From positions 4,340 through 68,339 of the forward strand of contig VGEM01000001.1 of NCBI GenBank assembly GCA_016869315.1: a DNA stretch of 64,000 bases. Reading direction: 5' to 3'. This document shows positions 34,578-43,254 of the stretch, in pieces (position 1 is the first letter of the stretch; each line of letters starts with the position of its first letter). The position numbers were made by a program, and so were the translations under genes. The DNA is from Alphaproteobacteria bacterium. Lineage in GTDB: Bacteria > Pseudomonadota > Alphaproteobacteria > Rhodospirillales > Rhodospirillaceae. The notes under the pieces are model-generated. The model worked only from the letters and a program-made list of their open reading frames with translations, did not search any database and was not told the DNA's origin.

Positions 34578-35633
34578 TCAACCGTAAATTTTGAAGGCGG
34601 TGGTGGCGTTGACCAGGGCCGCGCGAATACCTGGCTCCATCGAGGAATGGCCCGCGTCGGGCACGACGCGATATTGCGCGCCGGGCCAGGACCGCGCCAG
34701 CTGATCGGCGGTGGCGATCGGGCAAACCATGTCGTAGCGGCCTTGGACGATGGTGGCCGGGTGTTTCGCCAACACCGCCATCCCGGCCAAGAGCTGCCCG
34801 GGCGCCATGAAACCCCGGTGCATCATGTAGTGCGCTTCGATCCGCGCCATGGCGAGCGAGCCGGATTGAACTTGTTCGGCGTCGGGCTTGGCGTCGGACT
34901 TGGTTTCGGACTTGGTCTTGGCGCTATGGCTTCGCGATGATGTGGTGAGCGGCACCAGCCGCGAGCAGGCGTTTTCGTAGGCGCACCAGGCTTGGGCGGC
35001 GGGCTCGTGCACCGGTGGCGCCGGGTCGATCAGTCGACGATAGTAAGATCCGAGCGAATCCGAGCGCTCGTTCGGCGGCAGAAACTCGACGAACGCGCGA
35101 TGGGCCTCGGGAAAGATCCGCGCGGCGCCGTGCAAGAACCAATCGACCTCGCCATCGCCGAACAGAAAGATTCCGCGGAGAATGAACGCGACACAGCGTT
35201 CGGGGAACGCCTGGCCATATGCGAGAGCGAGGGTCGAGCCCCACGAACCGCCGAACACCAGCCAGCGTTCGATCTTGAGATGGCGGCGCAGTGCCTCAAT
35301 GTCGGCGATGAGATGGGCGGTGGTGTTGTCGATCACCGATGCTTCGGGCCGCGAGCGTCCCGACCCGCGTTGATCGAACAGGACAATGCGATAATGGCCC
35401 GGATCGAAGAAGCGGCGGTACGCTGGCGCCGTGCCGGCGCCGGGACCGCCATGCAGAAAGAGGATCGGCACACCCTTTGGGTTGCCGCTCTGCTCCCAAT
35501 ACAACAGATGATCGCCATCGACGGCCAGTTTGCCGGTGGCAAACGGCTCCAACGGTGGAAAAAGAGGGAATTCCGCCGTCGGTGCTGGTGTCAGCGTCGA
35601 TCCCGAATGTTCTAGGGCGGCGATGGCCGGCAC
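34578..35633 (-). CDS. pip: prolyl aminopeptidase (proline iminopeptidase, S33)
   Basis: Motifs ILFLHGGPGAG, GGSWGSTLALAYGQAFPE and the C-terminal DAGHS. It contains a Ser/Lys-rich insertion (SRSHSAKTKSETKSDAKPDAEQVQSGS). Confidence 0.9.
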   Translation of the reverse strand: MPAIAALEHSGSTLTPAPTAEFPLFPPLEPFATGKLAVDGDHLLYWEQSGNPKGVPILFLHGGPGAGTAPAYRRFFDPGHYRIVLFDQRGSGRSRPEASVIDNTTAHLIADIEALRRHLKIERWLVFGGSWGSTLALAYGQAFPERCVAFILRGIFLFGDGEVDWFLHGAARIFPEAHRAFVEFLPPNERSDSLGSYYRRLIDPAPPVHEPAAQAWCAYENACSRLVPLTTSSRSHSAKTKSETKSDAKPDAEQVQSGSLAMARIEAHYMMHRGFMAPGQLLAGMAVLAKHPATIVQGRYDMVCPIATADQLARSWPGAQYRVVPDAGHSSMEPGIRAALVNATTAFKIYG

Positions 35634-35798
35634 TCTCTGAAAGCTCTCACTTATATTCAGTCAGGAATGTTAACCGGGAATGGCGGCGGGACAAGGCCGT
35701 CCAAGGCGCGGTGCGGGCGGAACCGGCGAGATTGCTCCGGCGCCGGTTTACCACGATCATGAGCAGGTCACATTGTCGTACGTGTCGCGGAGGGGATC

Positions 35799-36500
35799 AT
35801 GCTGGAAGCCGTCAACTTGAAAAAAACCTATGGCAACAATGAAGCGCTGAAGGACCTCAATTTATCGATCAAGGCGGGCGATATTTACTGCCTGCTCGGG
35901 GCCAACGGCGCCGGCAAGACGACAACCATCAATCTATTCCTCAACTTCATCGATCCGACCGGCGGGGTCGCCCGGGTTAACGGTCTCGACGTCACCGCGC
36001 ACCCGCTCGAAACCAAGAAGCACCTCGCCTATATCCCCGAGACGGTGATGCTCTACGGAAATCTCAGCGGCCTCGAAAACCTGTCCTATTTCGCGAAACT
36101 CGGCGGGCATTCCGAGTACAGTGACAACGACCTTCGCGATTTTCTGAAGCGCGTCGGGCTGCAGAGCGAGGCTGTGGAGAAAAGGGTCTCCGCGTACTCA
36201 AAAGGCATGCGTCAGAAAGTGGGCGTTGCCATCGCCCTTGCAAAGCGAGCAGGTGCATTGCTTCTCGACGAACCAACCTCGGGCCTCGACCCCAAGGCCA
36301 GCAACGAATTCTCGGAACTGATCAAGCAGCTGCAGGCGGACGGCGCGGCCATTCTGATGGCGACGCACGACCTGTTCCGCGCCAAGGAAACCGGCACCCG
36401 TATCGGCATCATGCGCGAAGGCAAATTGATGCGCGAACTGTCGACGGATGAAGTTTCTCACGCCGACCTCGAGCGTATTTATCTCGAGCACATGCACTAA
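35799..36500 (+). CDS. ABC transporter ATP-binding protein (ABC-2/CcmA-like), no permease gene adjacent
   Basis: Walker A GANGAGKTT, signature YSKGMRQK, Walker B LLLDEPTSGLD, H-loop ATHD. RBS-like GGAGGGG precedes the ATG. Confidence 0.9.
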   Translation: MLEAVNLKKTYGNNEALKDLNLSIKAGDIYCLLGANGAGKTTTINLFLNFIDPTGGVARVNGLDVTAHPLETKKHLAYIPETVMLYGNLSGLENLSYFAKLGGHSEYSDNDLRDFLKRVGLQSEAVEKRVSAYSKGMRQKVGVAIALAKRAGALLLDEPTSGLDPKASNEFSELIKQLQADGAAILMATHDLFRAKETGTRIGIMREGKLMRELSTDEVSHADLERIYLEHMH

Positions 36501-36527
36501 TCGGTACGACCCCAAGGAGACCGCGCC

Positions 36528-38021
36528 ATGAAAGCGTTTATGCGTCTGCTGATCGGTTTGGTTATCCTCGTGGTCATCGCCGGCGCCGGGGGATACGGCG
36601 CCTTCTGGTGGATGAACCGCATTCCACCGCAGCTCAAGGAACCGAACTACCTCACCTATTATAAGACCCAGGACACGACGCCGACCGGCAAGGTCGCGGT
36701 CTTTGTCTCTGGCCTGATCATGCCCGAAAGATTCAGGCTCGAAGACTTCTACAATCTTGCTCTTTAGCCGGCGCAGTACATCCCCTGGCCGATCCGCAAC
36801 TTAGCGATGGCCGACCGCGGCGTGCTGCTGATGGATACCGAGAAGTATTACGAAACCAAGCCTTTCACGCCGACCAGTCTGATGGACGCCTACGGCAACA
36901 CCAACGATGTCGATGGCGTGCCCTATGTGCGGAAATTCCATCGCGGCGAATTGACCTGGGTTGCGCCCGATCCGACCCAGCATGCCGATCACGGTTACTT
37001 TTTGCTGACCGCGCGCAAAGGTGGCATGCCGAACATCGCGCAGAAACTCGCGACCAAGGCCCGCATCTTCTATTACGGCAAGGGCAAGGGTTTCAAAGAT
37101 GGTCGCGTGCCGCACGAAGCCGGCGAGTGGGCGATTATCAAGGGCGCCATGGACAAGCTTGAGGCCAAGTACGGTCCGATCCCCTATCGCTTCGTCAGCG
37201 CCGAGACTCCGGCGATAGCCGAGACATATCTTCGCGAACTCCTCGACGGTGGCGCGGAAACCATCGTGTTCGCGCCGCCGCGGCCGATCTACTCCCAACA
37301 CGAGGAGTTCAACGGCTCGATCAAACACACCATGCATTACATCCATGATTGGGAAAAAGAGCATGGCAAGAAGATCAAAGTGATCATCACGCCGCAGCTT
37401 GGCGACATTCCCGTGATGAAGGAGGCTTTCCTCGTCATGCTGCGCGAACGGCTCGCCACCTTCCCCGAGAACGCCAAGGTCAAGGTCGTCGTTTCGGTCC
37501 GCGGCATGGCCTGGGACAAAGTGCCGCACGAGGGCTGGATCGAGTTGGCGCCACCGTATCGCGACGGCATGGTTCAGGCCGTCAAGGATGAACTCACCAA
37601 ATGGAAATTCGCCAAGACCGAGGTGGTGCAGGCGCAGGACCATTTCGCTGATCCTCACAACAATCCCGACGGCAAGTACCTCTCGACCAACAAGGGATTC
37701 CTCGACGGCGTCAAGGACGGCTTCGATTACGTGGTCAATCTGCCGATCGAGTTCTTCGCCGAGAACACCGACACCATGTTCAGTCACGCCATGTTCAACT
37801 TCGAAGGTTTCCCGGGCTACGACGTCTACGAGACGATCGATTATTCCGACTGGTCGGTGCCCTACACCCGCACCTTCAAGATCGAGAACACCGAGCTGAT
37901 CTATAACGGCCTGCCCGTCGGCAAATACAACGCGCCGATCATCGAGGCTTACGTGCAGGCGATCGATTCGGTGTTGTCGAAGAGCATGAAGCCGAAGAGC
38001 CAGGTGGCGACGGCGGAGTGA
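36528..38021 (+). pseudogene. membrane-anchored ferrochelatase-fold (class II chelatase-like) protein interrupted by one in-frame TAG (otherwise two ORFs: 36528-36767 and 36807-38021)
   Basis: Both ORFs share one frame and are separated only by TAG at 36765-36767. The N-part has a TM helix (LLIGLVILVVIAGAGGYGAFWW). The remainder aligns by eye to B. subtilis HemH blocks: GAETIVFAPPRPIYSQ vs EAVSIVLAPHFSTFS, VVVSVRGMAW vs MLIVSAHSLP, and NLPIEFFAENTDTMFS vs YVPVGFVADHLEVLYD. Confidence 0.6.
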
Positions 38022-38163
38022 AGCGTCAGGGTTCGGCGCCTGTCGGCCCGAGCGATTTCGCGACCTGCTGCACGTCGCTATTCTTGCACCGGGAACCCGC
38101 GCACCGCGCCCTTATCCTGAAATGACGCGGGACTCCGCTCACCGGCACTGGCATGATCGCGTC

Positions 38164-39882
38164 ATGACAATCAAACGACTCTTCGTCCCCATCACTGGCG
38201 CCCAATTGATGGTTCGCCGGGTCGGCGAAGGCCCGCCCGTGGTGTTGATGCACCCGTCGCCGCAGTCGAGCACATTCTCGATTCCGATGGCGAACAAGCT
38301 GGCCGCCGCCGGTTTCACGGCCATTGCCGTCGACACGCCCGGCTACGGCCTGTCCGATCCTCTCGTCGGCGGATACCCGGCAGGTCTCGATCGCGACCAC
38401 GGCCTGGATCCATTTCTGCCGCCGCTGGTGCAACTGCTTGATTCACTCGGGATCGCCAAAGCCGCGTTCTATGGCAATGCCACCGGCGCCGAGGTGGCGC
38501 ACATCTTTGCGTACAATCATCCCGACCGCGCGGCCGTCGCCATGATGGACACCGCCGGGCACAACCCGGACGACGAAGTCGATAAAATCACCGCCGGTTA
38601 TTTTCCCGACGTGACGCCAAGGCGCGACGGCGGCCATCTGCTTACCTACTGGGACATGTGCCACTTCCTCGGCATCTACGCGCCCTGGCAGTTCACCGAT
38701 CACGAACACCGTTTGCAGGTCGATGCCCCCAACCCCGAGCGCACCCAGCGCGTGATGCTGGAATATATGCGCGCCGGCCCCGCCTACCCGACCGCCTATC
38801 GTCCGGCTTTTTATACCGCCAAGGGCCACTTGATCTCGCGGCTCAAGGTGCCGGCCACTCTCACCCGCTGGGAAGGGAAACCAAATCTCGCCGAGATCGA
38901 TGCGTTGATCGCCTACGGCCTGCCGCTCAACATCACCGTGCTTCGCCCCGGTCCCAGCATGGATCAGCGGTTCGATGCCAGCGTCGACTATCTGGTGAAG
39001 AACTATCTCAAGACCGGAACACCCGCGCCGAAACATCCCGACCAAATCGATCGCACGGCCGCACGCCTGCAGAAAGTGTTCATCGATGTGCCCGGCGGCC
39101 AGGTGTTCGCGAGAGTCTGCATGGCGGGACGCGGGCGGCCGATACTCGCCCTGCACGATCCCGCCGGATCGTCGCGGCGGGTCGAATCATTGCTGACGCC
39201 TTACGTCGGCGACCGGCCTGTCATCGCGCTCGATCATCCCTCGAGCGGCGAGTCAGACAAGCTCCTGACCCGCGAGCAGATTTCGACCGAAGCCTACGCC
39301 AAGGCCTCGTGGGTCGCGCTTGATTCGCTAGGCATTAAAGAGATCGACATCATCGGGCGCTACGCCGGCGGCCAGGTCGGTTTGGAAATGGCGCAGCAGC
39401 GGCAGGGCGCGGTGAAGCATATCGTCCACGCCGGGGTGCAGATCTTCACCGATGGCGAGCGGCCCGACTTGCTCGCCAACTACACGCCCTCGATCGCGCC
39501 GACATGGGACGGCCGTCATTTGATGACCGCCTGGGGCATGATGCGCGACATGGCGCTGTTCTGGCCGTGGTACAACCGGACCAAATCGGGGATCGTTCGC
39601 CGTGACGCCGCCATTGACGGCAACACCGTCCATGCCCGGGTCGAGGATTTGCTCAAGATCGGCGACGCGTACCAAAACGCCTACGCCGCCTCGTTCAATT
39701 ACCCGATGGCCGAGCGCCTGAAGGCGAGCACGACCCCCAACCTGATGGCCGACCTGCCGGGCGCCGCAAGCTATTCCCGTGTCGCCATGGCCAAGGCGGC
39801 GGCCCCCAACGTGCAAACGGCCGATTTGCCCGACGACATCCGCGCCTGGCGCGGCGTGTTCGACAAATTCTTCGCGAGCTGA
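38164..39882 (+). CDS. double alpha/beta-hydrolase-fold protein lacking canonical nucleophiles (paralogue 1)
   Basis: Preferred start MTIKRLFVPITGAQL. Domain 1 has VVLMHPSPQSS, AVDTPGYGLSD and elbow G-N-A-T-G (38473-38487; Ala at the nucleophile position). Domain 2 has ILALHDPAGSS and elbow G-R-Y-A-G (Tyr at the nucleophile position). Confidence 0.7.
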   Translation: MTIKRLFVPITGAQLMVRRVGEGPPVVLMHPSPQSSTFSIPMANKLAAAGFTAIAVDTPGYGLSDPLVGGYPAGLDRDHGLDPFLPPLVQLLDSLGIAKAAFYGNATGAEVAHIFAYNHPDRAAVAMMDTAGHNPDDEVDKITAGYFPDVTPRRDGGHLLTYWDMCHFLGIYAPWQFTDHEHRLQVDAPNPERTQRVMLEYMRAGPAYPTAYRPAFYTAKGHLISRLKVPATLTRWEGKPNLAEIDALIAYGLPLNITVLRPGPSMDQRFDASVDYLVKNYLKTGTPAPKHPDQIDRTAARLQKVFIDVPGGQVFARVCMAGRGRPILALHDPAGSSRRVESLLTPYVGDRPVIALDHPSSGESDKLLTREQISTEAYAKASWVALDSLGIKEIDIIGRYAGGQVGLEMAQQRQGAVKHIVHAGVQIFTDGERPDLLANYTPSIAPTWDGRHLMTAWGMMRDMALFWPWYNRTKSGIVRRDAAIDGNTVHARVEDLLKIGDAYQNAYAASFNYPMAERLKASTTPNLMADLPGAASYSRVAMAKAAAPNVQTADLPDDIRAWRGVFDKFFAS

Positions 39883-39884
39883 CC

Positions 39885-41576
39885 ATGCCGGCACCGATCA
39901 CGAAGCATTTTCTGCCGCTGGCCGACGGTCGCCAAATTCACTACCGCCGCGCCGGTTCGGGCCCGCCGCTGATCATCATGCACCCCTCGCCCAATTCGTC
40001 GGCGAGCATGATCAACGCCATCAATGCTTTCTCCGATGCCTTTACGTGCCTCGCCATCGATACGCCGGGCTACGGCATTTCCGACGATTTCGTCGACGAC
40101 CCCGACATGCTGTGGGGCTACGCCGACGCGCTCGCCAAATTTCTCGACGGGCTCGGCATCGAAAAATCCTTCGTCTATGGCGCCGCCACCGGCGCGCAGA
40201 TCGGCATTCAGTTTGCGCGCAAATATCCCGCGCGGATTCACGCGTTTCTGCTGGACGGTAATGGCGATTTCACCGGCGACCTCGACATCGCCCCTGGCTA
40301 TTTCCAGGACGTGACGCCGGTCCGCGACGGTTCGCACCTGATTCGCATCTGGGACATGTGCCGCCAGCTTGGCGTGTTCTTTCCCTGGCAGTCGATGCGT
40401 GGCGCCGACCGTGTCAATACCGATGTCGGCAGCCCCGAAGGCATTCAGCGCGCCGTCAACGACTATCTGCGTGCCGGGCCGGGCTACAAGAAGGGCTACT
40501 ACGAGGCGATGCGGGTCGAGAAGTGGGAGTACACCCGCCAGGTCACCGTGCCGGTATTCATGGCGCGGAACGAATCGAGCGTGCTGTTCAAGTATACCCA
40601 GGCGCTGATCGATAAAGGCCTGCCCGTCAATTTCACCGTTCTCAACTGCGATTCGCGGACGCGCTATCCGATGCAGCTGACGGCGCTCAAGGGCTGGATT
40701 GGCGATCGCACGTTTCCGGCACCGAAGCCGTCACCGGCCGACACGTCGGCGACATCGCGCATGCAAAACATGTACGTCAAAGCCCGCGGCGGTTTCCTCA
40801 GGGCGCGCGCCAACCTGACCGGCAAAGGCCGGCCGATCGTTGCGTTGCATGATCCGGCCGGATCGTCGCTGCTGGTCGAGCCCATGCTGGTCCCATGGAT
40901 CGGCAAGCGTCCGGTGATCGCGCTCGATCTGCCCGGCAATGGCGAGTCCGACAACGTCATCGAGCCGGCCAACATCACCTCGGCGGCTTACGCCGCGATT
41001 GTGAACGACGCGCTGGCTGGCGCCGGCATCGACCAGTCCGATGTCATCGGGCGCTATTCGGGCGGTCCCGTCGCGATGGAGATGAGTTTCGCAAAACCGT
41101 CGCTGGTCAAACATCTGGCGCTTTCGGGGATTGGAGCCTACGAAGCTGCCGAGCAGAAGACGCTCCTCGACAATTACACGCCATCAGTCGCGCCCGTGTG
41201 GGACGGCAGCCATCTTGCGACCGCATGGGCGATGATGCGCGACCAGGGTCTCTACTGGCCGTGGTTCAATCGAACCCGCGGCGGGATTGTGCCGTCGGCC
41301 AACGGCATCGACGTTGCGACCATTCATCTTCGCGTCACCGAACTTCTCAAGGTCGGCGACCAATATCAAAAAGCCTATGCCGCCATGTGGACCTACCCGA
41401 TGCGCGAGCGCCTCCCCAAGGTGGCGGCGCCGACACTGGTCTGCATGCCGGCGTGGGACCCGATCTACGCCAAGATGGCCGAATGCAAAGCCTTCGCGCC
41501 GAAAGTCGGCACCGCCGATTTGCCCGCGAAAATGGCCGATTGGCATGCGGTCATTGACCCCTTCTTCGCGACCTGA
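39885..41576 (+). CDS. double alpha/beta-hydrolase-fold protein lacking canonical nucleophiles (paralogue 2)
   Basis: Starts 2 bp after paralogue 1. It has LIIMHPSPNSS, AIDTPGYGISD and elbow G-A-A-T-G (40179-40193). Domain 2 has IVALHDPAGSS and G-R-Y-S-G. By eye it is about 45-50 percent identical to paralogue 1. Confidence 0.7.
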   Translation: MPAPITKHFLPLADGRQIHYRRAGSGPPLIIMHPSPNSSASMINAINAFSDAFTCLAIDTPGYGISDDFVDDPDMLWGYADALAKFLDGLGIEKSFVYGAATGAQIGIQFARKYPARIHAFLLDGNGDFTGDLDIAPGYFQDVTPVRDGSHLIRIWDMCRQLGVFFPWQSMRGADRVNTDVGSPEGIQRAVNDYLRAGPGYKKGYYEAMRVEKWEYTRQVTVPVFMARNESSVLFKYTQALIDKGLPVNFTVLNCDSRTRYPMQLTALKGWIGDRTFPAPKPSPADTSATSRMQNMYVKARGGFLRARANLTGKGRPIVALHDPAGSSLLVEPMLVPWIGKRPVIALDLPGNGESDNVIEPANITSAAYAAIVNDALAGAGIDQSDVIGRYSGGPVAMEMSFAKPSLVKHLALSGIGAYEAAEQKTLLDNYTPSVAPVWDGSHLATAWAMMRDQGLYWPWFNRTRGGIVPSANGIDVATIHLRVTELLKVGDQYQKAYAAMWTYPMRERLPKVAAPTLVCMPAWDPIYAKMAECKAFAPKVGTADLPAKMADWHAVIDPFFAT

Positions 41577-41653
41577 CGCGTTCACGGCGCGAACGGATTG
41601 GCAGCTCGAAATCGTGCTAAGCTGGCGTCTCTGTCCGGCCTGGGGAGGCGTTC

Positions 41654-42862
41654 ATGAGCAAGGTGTTCAGTCGTCGATCGATCATGAATGCCATCGGCGG
41701 GACCGCCGCCGCTGCTGGCTTTTTCAGACCCGGCACAGCCGTCGCCAAACTGAAGAAAGATATCGAGCCCCGAGGCAGCAACGGCACCCTTGAACGATTG
41801 CCGACCCTCGATCTCGACAGCTACGACGATTTCAGTACGGCGACGCGGATCTGGATCAACGGCGATCTGACGCGCGCCTCGGAACAACGCGCCGCCGAGA
41901 TTCTGAAATCCCACGGCGTCAAACCGACCGACAAAGTTTCCTTCGAGGACACCGTGCGTTGGGTAGCCGACGATCCGATCATCGCCCTGCGCAGCGCCAG
42001 CTGGCAGCGGTTGCAATGGCATATGTGGCAAGAGCTGCGCCGCGAATTCCACGGCAACTTCGACGCCTACATGTCGGAACTGGAAGCAGCCGACGCTTCG
42101 GGCCCGGGCGTGCTCGAACTCAACCCCGGCATCGAGCCCGAGTACACCAAGCACGAAATCCACATGCAGCCGGGCGGCTACACCGGCGACCCTTTCGCAG
42201 GGCACCTGTATCACTACGGCACCAACAATTTTTACAACGGCACCAATCATCAGGATCAGCGCCACACCGCGCTGGCCGGCGCGGTTCCGGTGCCGGCCGA
42301 CGGCAAAGTGCGCCGCATCCTCGATATGGGCTGCAGCTGCGGCCAGCAGGTGACGGCGCTGAAGCAACGCTTCCCCGATGCCGAAGTGTGGGGCATCGAT
42401 ATCGGCGCGCCGATGGTGCGCTACGCCCACATGCGGGCGGTCGATCTTGGCATCGACGTCAACTTCCGCCACGCGCTGGCCGAGCAAACCGGGTTCCCCG
42501 ACGGCCACTTCGACATGGTCACCTCATATATCCTGCACCACGAGGTGACCGCGGCGGCGAGCCTGCAAATCGTCAAGGAAGCGCATCGCATTTTGCGGCC
42601 TGGCGGCGTGTTCTATCCGGTCGACATATATCCATCGCCGACCAACCGCTCCGACCACGGCACCGCCATTCGCCATGTTCGCGATTGGATGACCCATCGC
42701 TGGAATCATGAGCGGTGGTGGAATGACTATCTCACCACCGATTACATCGGCGAGATCGCGCGGGTTGGATTCACGTTGCAAGACGCCGCCCGGGAAGGCG
42801 TTGGCTATCCCATGGTTGCCCCCGGAGGGCCAAGAAATCCCCTTGGCATCAAGCCGGTCTAA
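41654..42862 (+). CDS. Tat-signal-bearing class I methyltransferase-fold protein with degenerate motif I
   Basis: N-terminus MSKVFSRRSIMNAIGGTAAAAGFFRPGTAVA|KLKKD has an RR motif, an h-region and an AxA site. The MTase core is RILDMGCSCGQQ (GCSCG at 42329-42343), GIDIGAPMV and FDMVTSYILHH. RBS-like GGGGAGG lies upstream. Confidence 0.7.
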   Translation: MSKVFSRRSIMNAIGGTAAAAGFFRPGTAVAKLKKDIEPRGSNGTLERLPTLDLDSYDDFSTATRIWINGDLTRASEQRAAEILKSHGVKPTDKVSFEDTVRWVADDPIIALRSASWQRLQWHMWQELRREFHGNFDAYMSELEAADASGPGVLELNPGIEPEYTKHEIHMQPGGYTGDPFAGHLYHYGTNNFYNGTNHQDQRHTALAGAVPVPADGKVRRILDMGCSCGQQVTALKQRFPDAEVWGIDIGAPMVRYAHMRAVDLGIDVNFRHALAEQTGFPDGHFDMVTSYILHHEVTAAASLQIVKEAHRILRPGGVFYPVDIYPSPTNRSDHGTAIRHVRDWMTHRWNHERWWNDYLTTDYIGEIARVGFTLQDAAREGVGYPMVAPGGPRNPLGIKPV

Positions 42863-42901
42863 TCACGTTTTTGTTGGTTCATCACGCAACAGGAGGAAGG
42901 C

Positions 42902-43243
42902 ATGGCAGAAACCAAAGGCAATCGGCCGACGTACGCGACCGATTTTATCACGACCGACATCGAGAAAGTGACGTTCTTCGGCAACGTTCACATCGACAAT
43001 ATGATGACGACGCTGCTCGCCATGGGTAACGAGCTCTGGGTTCAGCGGAAGCGTCAGCACATTCTGGAAGCGCTGCTGGCCGAAAAGGGCGTCAAGCCCG
43101 AGGCCATCGAGAAGTACGTGGCGACGCCGGCGCAGGAGCAGGCCTGGGCCAAGGAGCGCGACGTCCTGGTCGCCCGGCTGTGGAGCCACCACGACAAGAA
43201 CACCGGCGAATACAATTTCGCCTCCGACTGGAACGGAAAGTAA
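42902..43243 (+). CDS. hypothetical 113-aa cytoplasmic protein between the two Tat-signal paralogues
   Basis: ORF with an AGGAGGAAGG RBS-like element upstream. No signal peptide or known motif recognised (MAETKGNRPTYATDFITTDIEKVTFFGNVHIDNMM...). Confidence 0.5.
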   Translation: MAETKGNRPTYATDFITTDIEKVTFFGNVHIDNMMTTLLAMGNELWVQRKRQHILEALLAEKGVKPEAIEKYVATPAQEQAWAKERDVLVARLWSHHDKNTGEYNFASDWNGK

Positions 43244-43254
43244 GGAGCACGACC

